Shown here in pieces: positions 50,439 through 60,664 of a stretch of DNA of 64,000 nucleotides. Below the pieces are notes generated by a model. It saw only the letters and a program-made list of their open reading frames with translations. It was not told the DNA's origin and ran no database searches. Position 1 is the first letter of the stretch. Each line of letters starts with the position of its first letter. Made by a program: the position numbers and the translations under genes. The stretch spans positions 36,018 through 100,017 of the forward strand of contig JABTUV010000012.1 in the NCBI GenBank assembly GCA_015075175.1. The letters run 5' to 3'. The stretch is from a bacterium. GTDB lineage: Bacteria; Hinthialibacterota; Hinthialibacteria; H5-UNCL2.

Positions 50439-51650
50439 ATGCGCATGCAAACGCCACGGACATCAGCTCCCCCTCTCTGCCACCACAAACCCAGCGGACG
50501 GGCACACGTCAACCTGGACAGCAGACGCCGCGTCTATCCGGGCAAGTTTGGCACCAAGCAAGCGAACGAGAACTACCGCCGCTTCATCGCGGAGTGGTCG
50601 GTCGGTGCTCACGATCATTGCGGCAAGCGCCGACTCCTGGTGCTGGACCTCATCGCCAGGTACCAGCAGTTCTGCCGGGAGCACTACCGGCAAGCGGACG
50701 GGACCGTGCTCCAAGAGGCGCAGGCGGTCCAGTACGCCTTGAAGCCGGTCCGAGAGCTGTACGCGGACCTGCCAGCGGAGCAGTTCGGGCCGCTGAAACT
50801 GAAGGCCGTCCGTGAAGCAATGATCGCTCGTGGGTGGAACCGCACTTACGTCAACCAGAAGGTGGGTCGCGTGAAGCGGATGTTCAAGTGGGCGACCGAG
50901 AACGAGCTGATACCGCCAGCGGTCTGGCACGGACTGCATGCTCTCGATGGGCTTCGAACCGGGCGCTGCCAAGTCCGCGAACCAAAGAAGGTCGCGCCCG
51001 TGGCAAACGAGCTCGTCGAAGCGACGAAGAAGCACGTCTCACGGCAGGTCGCGGCGCAGATCGATTTCTTGCTACTCACCGGCGCGCGTCCTTCGGAACT
51101 ACTCTCTTTGCGGCCGTGCGACATCGACCGCAGTGAGTCCGTCTGGCAATACCGCCCCCGAACGCGCAAAAACGCCCACCGTGGTCAGGACCGTGTGATC
51201 TACTTGGGGACCAATGCGCAGGCCGTCCTCAAGGAGTTTCTCCTGCGACCTGCGGAGGCCTTCCTCTTCAGTCCACGAGAGGCCGAAGCCGAACGCCACA
51301 CCCTGTCTCCTACGCACCGACGCGCCGACCAGAAACCGAACGTCAACGAGACAGGCAGAAGAGTGCGGGACAGATACGATGCACGATCCTTCTACCGGGC
51401 AATCCCTCGCGCGTGCGATGCAGCCTTTCCGCCTCCCGAGCACTTGGACGAAGAGGGGCTTGCCGCCTGGAGGGCGGCGCACCGCTGGTTCCCATACCAA
51501 CTCAGGCACAACGCCGCTACCTTGCTCGCGACGGAGTACGGAATCGAAGCCGCACAGACCATCCTGGGGCACAAGAAACTCGATGCGACCCAGATTTACG
51601 CGGAGCGGGACAGAGAGAAGGCGAAGAAGATCATCGCGAAGGTGGGATAG
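50439..51650 (+). mobile_element. tyrosine-type site-specific integrase adjacent to the tRNA-Gly 3' end
   Basis: C-terminal catalytic motifs LLLTGARPSELLSL (Arg box), HNAATLLATEYG...LGHKKLDATQIYAERD (H-x-x-R...Y); begins 92 bp after the tRNA. Confidence 0.85.
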
Positions 51651-52093
51651 GGCGGGGAAGTTCCGAGCTTCTTGGGTGAACAGTTCTGCGCGCACTCCTT
51701 GCGTTCGCGCGAGCGGTACGAGGTGGTGTCGAGAAGTCTGTCGCCACTTCCCGCTCCTGGGTCCGGTCGGACCCAAGCGCAACCGTCGCAGACACGATTT
51801 GTTTACTTGAAGATTTCGATAGACGCAAAACACAGTTAATGGCACAATACTTCCTACGAGCTGAGAATTTTGGCCGAAAAGATCGCAAGGGCCACCTGGC
51901 CCAAACTCAGAGAGGAGGTGAAAGGTTTTTCAGTTCGATGTTCTCTCCCGATAGTCGCTTTGCAATTAGACGAAGCTCGGGAGTGATTCCTGCATGATTC
52001 CACGCTGTCCAAACCCGGACAGCATTCATGAAGACGGCTCGGGCACCTAGCCACCCGACGCCACTCCAAATACCGACTGAGGAGTAGTTCTTC

Positions 52094-52372
52094 ATGGATA
52101 TCCATGACCCTTTCGAAACCGAGCGCAAGCTCGTTTTTCAAGATCTCACGAATATCCTAAACACTGGCCTAAACCGCCACCAGCCGCACTACTCGTACCA
52201 GATGCTCTGGAGGTGGGCGAGGCGCGGGGTCTGCGCACACAACGGTGAAAGAGTCCGCCTCGAACATGAGCGTCGGGGCGGACGACTATACACAAGCGTC
52301 GAAGCGATTCAGCGATTCGGCCAGAATCTGGCGGAGGCGGATACGGAGTACTTCGATGAGAGCGCCGGCTGA
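52094..52372 (+). CDS. DUF1580-like small DNA-binding protein (excisionase/regulator candidate)
   Basis: 92 aa; WRWARRGVCAHNGERVRLEHERRGGRLYTSVEAIQRF resembles the Planctomycete DUF1580 pattern; AT-rich upstream region. Confidence 0.4.
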   Translation: MDIHDPFETERKLVFQDLTNILNTGLNRHQPHYSYQMLWRWARRGVCAHNGERVRLEHERRGGRLYTSVEAIQRFGQNLAEADTEYFDESAG

Positions 52373-53480
52373 ATCGGCGGTAATCCGAAGCGCGGTCACG
52401 GTTACGGCCCTGACGGGCAAGCAGTCGGGCAACTACAACTTCTCCAATGAAGTGATCCCCAACGAGGCCGTGACCCTGACCCTCAACACGGCGGGAACCT
52501 CCGCGTCCGGCGCCCTGGCGGTGCACTCGGGCGGGGGCATCCGTCCGGGTACGGTCTCTATCGCGGTCACGTTCGACCTCTCGACCGCCTCTTCGAGCGT
52601 GGCGGGCACCCTGCAAGACAACGGGCAGGGCGGGCAGACCGCGCGGCGCACCGACACCGGCGCGGCCCTCACCGTCGCGGCGTCGGCCATCAACTGCATG
52701 ACGGGCGCGTTCTCCATCACCATCACGGGCGATGCGTTCGCGTCCGCATCGGCCACGGCCACCTATCGGGTCAATCTGGAGGGTTCCTCGGACATCCCCG
52801 AAGTGGACGTTCAGATCACCACGAGCACCGTGGAGACCGAGCGCCGCGCCATCAAGCTGCGCTACAGCCGTGAGGCTGCCGACGACGTGATGGCCGAGTG
52901 GGGATTCTCCCTCGAACCGACCATCATTCAGGGCATCGCCGCCCAGTGCATCGCGGAGATGTGGGTTTACGCGACCGTGGCCTCCACCTTCTCCATCACC
53001 CCCGGTTCGGGAGTGGCCTACAACCAGCAGGCTCACTTCGCGGACTTCATCTACAACTTGAACGTCGCCTCCAACGCCATCCAATTCGCCACGCGCATTG
53101 CGTATGGCAACTGGATCATCGTGGACCAGGGTGCGGCGAACGTGATCGAGTCCCTTCCGGGCACCATGTTCCAGGCGGCTCCGAGGCCGGAGTACGCGAT
53201 GGGTCTCCACTACATCGGACTCTTGATGGGCAAGTTCCGGGTGTACAAGTGGCTGTACCTGTCCGCCCTGCCGGGGGTCTCGGCCTATGGCAACTTGCTG
53301 ATGGGCTGGAAGGGAACCGAACCGTGGGACGCGGGCTTTGTGCTGGCTCCCCAACACCAGCTCTACACCACTGATCAAATCACGCTGGAAGGCTTTGTGA
53401 GCCGTCGTGGGTTCGCCACCCGCAACGCCACCAAGGTCATCAACCCGAACGTGTTTCGGAGGATCAACCTGTCGGCGTAA
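52356..53480 (+). CDS. phage major-capsid-like protein (stand-alone)
   Basis: Ser/Thr-rich N-half, E-loop-like ERRAIKLRYSREAADDVMAEWGFSLEPTIIQGIAAQ, HK97-like C-half; no other head genes nearby. Confidence 0.45.
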   Translation: MRAPAESAVIRSAVTVTALTGKQSGNYNFSNEVIPNEAVTLTLNTAGTSASGALAVHSGGGIRPGTVSIAVTFDLSTASSSVAGTLQDNGQGGQTARRTDTGAALTVAASAINCMTGAFSITITGDAFASASATATYRVNLEGSSDIPEVDVQITTSTVETERRAIKLRYSREAADDVMAEWGFSLEPTIIQGIAAQCIAEMWVYATVASTFSITPGSGVAYNQQAHFADFIYNLNVASNAIQFATRIAYGNWIIVDQGAANVIESLPGTMFQAAPRPEYAMGLHYIGLLMGKFRVYKWLYLSALPGVSAYGNLLMGWKGTEPWDAGFVLAPQHQLYTTDQITLEGFVSRRGFATRNATKVINPNVFRRINLSA

Positions 53481-53595
53481 TGACGCGGTGTCATTCGACA
53501 AGGACATGGTGGCATTCTTGGCGGAGTCGAGCCGGAGCGAGGCGCAAACCGCCGTCCGGTTGCGCTACTACCGCCAGAACCCGGAGGACGTGAAC

Positions 53596-54498
53596 ATGTT
53601 ATTCTTGGACGACGACCAGATGTGCGCACAGCTCACGACGGCGGAGCTGAACGAGGCCAGCCTGTCGCGGATTTTCTCGCACATGGGTTCTCAGCCGTTC
53701 GCCATCGTGTCCGCGCAGCGTGGAGACCGGATTACGGTCTCGAAGGACGCTACCCCCGCCGAGAAGGAACAGGCGGCCATTGCGAACACTGCGGCGAACA
53801 ACCAGATGCGCCAGTGGGCCGCGAGCGAAATCCGTTCCATCTTCAAGAAGAGCTTCATCAAGGTAATGGGGGCTTACCGGGAGAAGGGTGCGCCGGACGT
53901 GGACAGAGAGTACAGCTTCTTCCTCCCGAACGTGTCCCGTGAGGAGGCCCTGAAGCTGGCCCGGCACTTCACGTCCCACAAGACCTCCGGCGACCCTGAT
54001 AACATCTTCTGGGGCACGCCGGACAAGGAGGGTTTCTGGGTTTACGGGGACGGTCGCTTCAAGAAGATCGGCGACCGGATCACCACGTCCAACATGCCCA
54101 AGTACTACACCGAGTGGCGGTGGCGCAAGAACCGGAGCGCGGTGAATAAGCGCGCCGGGGCGCGCTTCACGTCCGTGGGGCGGCTTGGGATTACGGACAT
54201 CCGCGCGCGGGGCGAGTCCGAGTACGTTGCGCGTATCCGCTACATCCCCGAGTCCATCCACGAGTTCAAGAGCTGGATTATGGAGCTGGATAGCGTCATC
54301 GAGACGCGGGGAGCTGACACACAGTACGCGACCCGCTTTCGGGACGACGCGGGGGAGTTGACCATCAAGGCGGGCGACTACATCCGCTGGCGTACCTTGG
54401 CAGGCGACCCTCATTACGGCCCGATCAAGCAAATGGACGGCAACGTCGCCGTGATCGACTGCGAGGTGCACCACAAGGACTGCCCGTGCGAGTGCTGA
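53596..54498 (+). CDS. hypothetical island protein (C-terminal Cys motif HHKDCPCEC)
   Basis: ATG with GGAGG RBS inside track ORF 53407..54498; no family recognised. Confidence 0.4.
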   Translation: MLFLDDDQMCAQLTTAELNEASLSRIFSHMGSQPFAIVSAQRGDRITVSKDATPAEKEQAAIANTAANNQMRQWAASEIRSIFKKSFIKVMGAYREKGAPDVDREYSFFLPNVSREEALKLARHFTSHKTSGDPDNIFWGTPDKEGFWVYGDGRFKKIGDRITTSNMPKYYTEWRWRKNRSAVNKRAGARFTSVGRLGITDIRARGESEYVARIRYIPESIHEFKSWIMELDSVIETRGADTQYATRFRDDAGELTIKAGDYIRWRTLAGDPHYGPIKQMDGNVAVIDCEVHHKDCPCEC

Positions 54499-54645
54499 CG
54501 TGCGACCCGCCGCCGGTCAGACCTGGGTGGGCGCGACCCCCAAGACCGAGCGGCTCGTGGTGCGAGTGACGCGGCTGCACGACAGCCGCGCTTACTTTGA
54601 CCGGCTGGATGTTCGGGCGTTTGGTCGCATGGACTTGGAGGTAGC

Positions 54646-55257
54646 ATGACGCGCAAGGTGGACACCGCTGTCGTGCCGCAAGCCCGGATTGAGCGGGTCA
54701 TTCTCGTGGTTCGAGGAGTGAAGGTCATCCTTGACGCCGAACTGGCCGCGCTCTACGGGGTGCCGACCAAGCGCCTCAATGAGCAGGTCAAGCGCAACGC
54801 CGACCGCTTTCCGGAGGACTTCAGGTTCCGGCTCACCCGCGAGGAGCACGATGCGGTCCTGCGGCTGAGCTTGGAGGCGGAACCCGCGAACCGGTCACAA
54901 ATTGCGACCGCTCCGAACCGGTCGCAATTTGTGACCGATTCCCAAAAGCACCGCGATCCGCGCTACCTGCCCTGGGCCTTCACGGAGCACGAGACGATCA
55001 TGGCCGCGAACGTGCTCAACTCCCGGCGGGCGGTGGAAATGAGCGTCCACGTGGTGCGCACCTTCGTGCGCCTGCGGGAGGCGGCGGGGCGTTACGAAGA
55101 ACTCGCCCGACGCCTTCGCCAGGTCGAACAGCGCGTCGGGCAACACGACACCCATCTGGCCGGCATTCTGCGCGCGCTACGCCAATTGGCGGAAGCGCCC
55201 GAACCCAAACGCATCGGCAAGACCGGTTTTGCAGTCCCGGAGAAGAGATCGAAATGA
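54646..55257 (+). CDS. ORF6N (KilA-N-like) domain protein
   Basis: N-terminal ERVILVVRGVKVILDAELAALYGVPTKRLNEQVKRNADRFPEDFRFRLTREE matches the ORF6N DNA-binding domain; contains an internal tandem operator-like palindrome pair at 54887-54937. Confidence 0.6.
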   Translation: MTRKVDTAVVPQARIERVILVVRGVKVILDAELAALYGVPTKRLNEQVKRNADRFPEDFRFRLTREEHDAVLRLSLEAEPANRSQIATAPNRSQFVTDSQKHRDPRYLPWAFTEHETIMAANVLNSRRAVEMSVHVVRTFVRLREAAGRYEELARRLRQVEQRVGQHDTHLAGILRALRQLAEAPEPKRIGKTGFAVPEKRSK

Positions 55258-55559
55258 GCGAACGGAAAACCCGCCTTGAACTCACTTGGATCGGCAAGGA
55301 GAACCGGGCGAAGCTGGAGCCTCGGGTTTTGCTTGAGGACCCGGAGTTGTCGTATCATGCGGCGCGGCGAGTTTCGGATAAGGATATCTTCGACAACCGG
55401 CTCATCTTCGGCGATAACCTCTTGGCGCTCGAGGCGCTGGAGCAGGAGTTCGCCGGCACGGGCAAGTGCAATCGGAACGACCCGCCGTGCAACGCAGCCT
55501 CAGCTTTCGCCCACTACGCCGGGGGCCACGAATGTCACCATGACATTCTGGCAGAGTAA
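55254..55559 (+). pseudogene. N-terminal remnant of a type III (beta-class) DNA methyltransferase Mod; catalytic DPPY reads DPPC, then a premature stop
   Basis: LTWIGKE...RLIFGDNLLALEAL...GKCNRNDPPCN parallels the intact Mod at 61557 (RMILGDSLQVMASL...GKVQMIYLDPPYG) but ends after 101 aa. Confidence 0.55.
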
Positions 55560-55927
55560 TGCCACTATTGACAGAAGTGATGCTTGCGCTCACTCGGAAG
55601 GTCGGCCTGCGAGCTGAAGCTCCGAGGACGGTCCCCGACGCCACTACAACGCGCCGGGAAGCCCGGAAAAGCCACGATGTAAGGCCCCCTTGGGCGGCTA
55701 CGAAGCGAACCACGGCGACCGTCCTGGCGTGGCATCGTGACACTCTCTCCGGCTTGTGACACGATGACCTTCGATTGCGTCGCTTGAAAGGGGTCGGCAC
55801 TTCCGTCATACTGGTTGCCGCCGTTGACCCACGACCTGCTACACCGGACTGAAGACCATTGTTAAGTGGACCGTGCTAGAGTTCCAAGTTGGGAACCGCC
55901 GCGTCGATGTCTGAGTGAGGTTTGCCC

Positions 55928-58900
55928 GTGAAGCAAGTGGTGATCGAAAACCCCATCCTGAACTCCCCCTTCGAGGAGCCGTCCCGGCATTTCCGCTTCA
56001 CGGACGAGGGGATCACCGACGACATTGACGATGGCCGCCGCGAGAGCGCCTACTTCATCCCCGTCCCGCCGCCCAAGAAGAAGGGCCAGGCCGACACCCA
56101 GATGGCGCTGCCGGAAACGCACTGGACCAGGGACCGCCTCAAGCCCAACGACGACATCAATCGCATCCGCACGCATGTCGGCCTGTGGCGGCGGGCCGGC
56201 TACCGTGGCGTCACGGCGACCACGGCCAAGCTCCTGGCGCACTGGAACGACCCGACCCGCGAGCGGAAGCTCTTCTTTTGCCAGCGGGAGGCGGTCGAGA
56301 CCGTCATCTACCTGACCGAGATCGCCGAACGCGACCAGAACGTGTGGATTCTCAACCGGCTGCGGGACTACAACCGCGACGCCAACCCCGAGCTCTTCCG
56401 CATGGCCCTCAAGATCGCCACCGCCGGCGGCAAGACCACCGTGATGGCCATGCTCATCGCCTGGCACACGCTCAACAAGCAGGCCAACAAGCAGGACGCC
56501 CGCTTCTCGGATACGTTCCTCATCGTCACGCCCGGCATCACCATCCGCGACCGCCTGCGCGTGCTCTTGCCGTCCGACCCGGACAACTACTACCGCAAGT
56601 GGGACCTCGCGCCGCCCGACCTGATGCAGCAGCTCCTCCAAGCCAAGGTGCTCATCACCAACTTCCATGCCTTCAAGCTGCGCGAGAAGGTCTCCCTCAA
56701 CAAGACGGGCAAGGCCGTCATGCAGGGCACGGATGCCAAACCGCCCTCCTTCACCGAGACGCCCGACGAGATGGTCCGGCGCGTCTGCCGCGATCTCGGC
56801 AACAAGAAGAACATCGTCGTCATCAACGACGAAGCCCACCACTGCTACCGCCACAAACCGGACGGCGCAGAAGAAGTGCTCAAGGGTGAGGATCGCAAAG
56901 AGGCTCAGAAGCGCGAAGAAGCCGCCCGCATCTGGATTTCCGGCATCGAGGCGGTCAAGCGGAAGATCGGCGTGCGCATGGTGTACGACCTGTCGGCAAC
57001 CCCGTTCTTTCTGCGCGGATCGGGCTACCCGGAAGGCATGCTCTTCCCGTGGGTCGTCTCGGACTTCGCGCTGATCGACGCCATCGAGAGCGGCATCGTC
57101 AAGGTCCCTCGCGTGCCCGTCGCCGACGACTCCATGATCGGCGAGCAGCCCACCTATCGCGATCTCTGGTATCGCATCCGCGAGGGGCTGCCCAAGAAAG
57201 GCCGTGGGACCGAAGCCGTCGCCGGCGAGCCGGTCCTGCCGGCGGAGCTGGAGAGCGCGCTTCAAAGCCTGTACGCCAACTACAAGAAGCGCTTTACCGC
57301 CTGGCAGGCGAGCCGTGACGGCAACAACTCCCATTCCACGCCGCCCGTGTTCATCGTCGTCTGCAACAACACCAACGTGTCGAAGCTGGTCTTCGACTAC
57401 GTCTCTGGCTGGGAGAAGCCGCTCCCCGACGGCGACTCAGTCCTCGTCCCCGGCCACCTGGAGCTCTTCAGCAACGTCGAGAACGGCGCATGGTCCGCGC
57501 GGCCCAAGACCATCCTGATCGACTCCGAGCAGCTGGACTCCGGCGAGGCCATGAGCGACGAGTTCCGCAAGGTCGCCGCCGTCGAGATCGACGAGTTCAA
57601 GCGCGAGTACGCCTGGACCGCTTTCCCGGTCGGGACGTGGAGAAGATCGGCAGCGAAGACCTGCTCCGCGAAGTCATGAACACGGTCGGCAAGCCCGGCA
57701 AGTTGGGTGAGCAGGTCCGATGCGTGGTCAGCGTCTCGATGCTGACCGAAGGCTGGGACGCCAATACCGTCACGCACATCCTGGGCGTGCGCGCATTCGG
57801 TACGCAGCTCCTGTGCGAGCAGGTCGTCGGGCGGGCGCTCCGGCGCATCAGTTACGCCGCCAACGACGAGGGCAAGCTGGAGCCGGAGTACGCCGAAATC
57901 TACGGTGTGCCCTTCTCCTTCATCCCGTGCGCCGGCGCGCAGAAGGAACCGCCGCCCGGCCCCACGCCTACCCGCGTGCGCGCCCTGTCGGAGCGGATCG
58001 ATTGCGAGATCACCTTCCCGCGCCTGCAAGGCTACCGTTACGACTTCCACGACGCCGAGCTGCACGCCACGTTCACGCGCGATTCGCGCATGGCGCTCTC
58101 GACCGACGACGTACCCACCAAGGTCGAGAACGCCCCCATCGTCGGCGAGACCACCATCCACACCCTGGACGAGCTCAAGGCCCGCCGCCCGCAGGAGGTC
58201 GCCTTTCTCCTGGCCAAGCTCGTCCTGGAGCGGTACTTCCGCTGGGACGGCGTCGTGCAGCCGGAGAATAAGTCGGAGCACAAGTGGGAGGCCGGCGTCA
58301 AAGCCTGGCTCTTCCCCCAAGTGCTACGCATCGCCAAGGACTGGATGGCCGAATGCGTCGTCTGCAAGGACAACTGCTTCCCGCAGATGCTCCTGCTCCT
58401 GGAGTTTGCCCACGGCGCGGCCAACCGCATCTATCACGCCATCGTGCAAGGCGACCAGGGCGAGAAGACGCTCAAGCCGATCCTGTTTCCGTATGATCCC
58501 GAAGGCAGCACGCGCTACGTGGACTTCGACACCACGCGCCCGGTGTATTCGACGCGCCCCGACAAGTGCCACGTCTCGCACGTGGCCGCCGATACCAAGG
58601 ACTGGGAGCAGAAGGTCGCGCGCTCGCTGGAGGACATGGACGAGGTGGTCTGTTACGTGAAGAACCAGAACCTCGGCTTCAAGATTCCCTACGTCGCGAG
58701 CGGCGAGCCGAGGAACTACGTGCCCGATTACATCGTCCGCATCAATGACGGCGCGCCGGAGCCGCTCAACCTGATTATCGAGGTGACGGGTGAGAAGCGC
58801 CCGGACAAAGCGGAGAAGGTCGCCGCCGCCCGCGCGCTCTGGGTCCCCGCCGTCAACAACCACGGCGGATTCGGACGATGGGCGTTTTTGGAAGTGGACG

Positions 58901-58959
58901 ATCCGGCGAATGTGAAGAACGCGATCCGGGATTCCATACCGGCATTGAGCGAGGGATAG
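55928..58959 (+). CDS. type III restriction endonuclease Res subunit (DEAH helicase), split by one frameshift near 57630
   Basis: N-terminal VIENPILNSPFEEPSRHF, Walker A IATAGGKTTV, DEAH VINDEAHHC (frame of ORF 55922..57679). Motifs V-VI MLTEGWDANTVTHILGVRAF...QVVGRALRR are in ORF 57490..58959. Frames join at gctttcccggtcggg. Alternative TTG start at 55922. Confidence 0.6.
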
Positions 58960-58965
58960 CTGGCA

Positions 58966-59868
58966 ATGGTACCGACTCAGGGACAACTTCATTTGTTTGG
59001 CGGCGATTGGACCAAAGAGAAGCTGGAGCGCGTGCGACAATACCTCACGGCGTACACCAAGATCATGCGCAAGAAGGACTACCAGTTTGGATACATAGAC
59101 GCCTTTGCCGGAACGGGATACCTAGCCCTGAAGGATGCAAAGGCCGAGGCCAAGCGCTTATTTCCTGAACTGATGGAGACGGAAGCTCGTGATTTCGTCG
59201 AAGGGTCCGCCCACGTCGCCTTGGAGGTGGAACCGCCTTTCGAGAAGTACATCTTCATTGAGAAGCAGGGCTGCCGGTCGTCGGAGCTGCAACGACTACG
59301 CGACGAGTTTCCCGCCAAGGCCAACGACATCGTGATCGTGCAGGCCGAGGCCAACACCTACCTGCAAGACTTGTGTCGCAACCGCGTTTGGAAGAAGCAT
59401 CGTGCCGTCCTGTTCTTGGACCCATACGGAATGCAGGTGGAGTGGGAGACCATGAAGGCGATTGCCAAGACGCGCGCCATAGACCTCTGGCTCCTCTTCC
59501 CTTTGGGCGTGGCAGTAAACCGACTACTCCGTCGGGATGGGCTAATAGACGAGGGCTGGCGGCATCGCTTGGACCTCATGTTCGGGGATACGGGCTGGTT
59601 CTCGCGCTTCTACAATGTCGAGAACGAGCAGACCTTCTTCGGCCCGGAGCAGAAGGCAGTGAAGACGGCGGACGCCAAGGCGATTGGTCGCTACTTCGTC
59701 GAGCGGTTGCAGAGCGTGTTTCCCGGAGTCGCGAAGAATCCCCTGGCTTTGAGCAATACCAAGAACTGCCCCCTTTACCTGCTATGCTTTGCCACGGCGA
59801 ATCCAGACGCTGCGACCTTGGCAGTGAAGATTGCGCAAGCCATTCTCAGAGGGCCGAGGATACGCTAA
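58966..59868 (+). CDS. TcmP-like protein (three-Cys-motif partner protein family)
   Basis: 300 aa; overall similarity, from memory, to the TcmP family that pairs with DUF5131 (Gp37/Gp68) proteins; starts 7 nt after the Res stop. Confidence 0.5.
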   Translation: MVPTQGQLHLFGGDWTKEKLERVRQYLTAYTKIMRKKDYQFGYIDAFAGTGYLALKDAKAEAKRLFPELMETEARDFVEGSAHVALEVEPPFEKYIFIEKQGCRSSELQRLRDEFPAKANDIVIVQAEANTYLQDLCRNRVWKKHRAVLFLDPYGMQVEWETMKAIAKTRAIDLWLLFPLGVAVNRLLRRDGLIDEGWRHRLDLMFGDTGWFSRFYNVENEQTFFGPEQKAVKTADAKAIGRYFVERLQSVFPGVAKNPLALSNTKNCPLYLLCFATANPDAATLAVKIAQAILRGPRIR

Positions 59869-60632
59869 TGGGCATGAAATCCTCCATCGAGTGGACCGAG
59901 TCCACTTGGAATCCGATAACGGGGTGCGACAAGGTCAGCCCCGGATGCAAGTTCTGTTACGCCGAGCGCATGGCCATGCGGCTCCAGGCAATGAGGCAGC
60001 CCAACTACCGCAATGGCTTTGCGCTGACCGTGCATGAGCACGCGCTGGAGCTCCCGCTCCGCTGGAAGCAGCCTCAGACGATCTTCGTCAACTCCATGTC
60101 GGACCTCTTCCACAAGGACGTACCGCTGGCGTTCATCCGCCGCGTCTTCGACGTAATGAAACGAGCACACTGGCATCGCTTCCAAATCCTGACCAAGCGC
60201 TCGGAGCGGCTCTTCATGCTGCGGAGCAAGATCGAATGGCCGCCCAACGTCTGGATGGGCGTCAGCGTCGAGACCGCGCACTACGCGGAACGAATCGACC
60301 ACCTGCGCAAGGTCCCCGCCGCGATCCGCTTCCTCTCGCTGGAGCCGCTGCTCGGGCCGCTGCCGGGTCTCGACCTGTCGGGAATCGATTGGGTGATCGT
60401 TGGCGGGGAGTCCGGGCCGGGCGCGCGTCCGATGGATGAAGCATGGGTGCTCGACATCCGCGACCAGTGCGAAGCCGCCGGCGTTCCCTTCTTCTTCAAG
60501 CAATGGGGCGGTGTCAACAAGAAGAAGGCGGGGCGACTACTGGAGGGCCGGACGTGGGATGGGATGCCGCTCCGCTTCCAGTCCGAGACGCCGATTCCGT
60601 CTGAGGACCTCGCCGCGGCTGAGCGAAGTTAA
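59868..60632 (+). CDS. phage Gp37/Gp68-family three-Cys-motif protein (DUF5131)
   Basis: N-terminal [30 protein letters not shown] (C-x5-C-x2-C), typical of DUF5131; start overlaps the TcmP stop (TAATG). Confidence 0.6.
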   Translation: MGMKSSIEWTESTWNPITGCDKVSPGCKFCYAERMAMRLQAMRQPNYRNGFALTVHEHALELPLRWKQPQTIFVNSMSDLFHKDVPLAFIRRVFDVMKRAHWHRFQILTKRSERLFMLRSKIEWPPNVWMGVSVETAHYAERIDHLRKVPAAIRFLSLEPLLGPLPGLDLSGIDWVIVGGESGPGARPMDEAWVLDIRDQCEAAGVPFFFKQWGGVNKKKAGRLLEGRTWDGMPLRFQSETPIPSEDLAAAERS

Positions 60633-60664
60633 CCACACGATTTGTATCGAGGGGACGCTCACAA

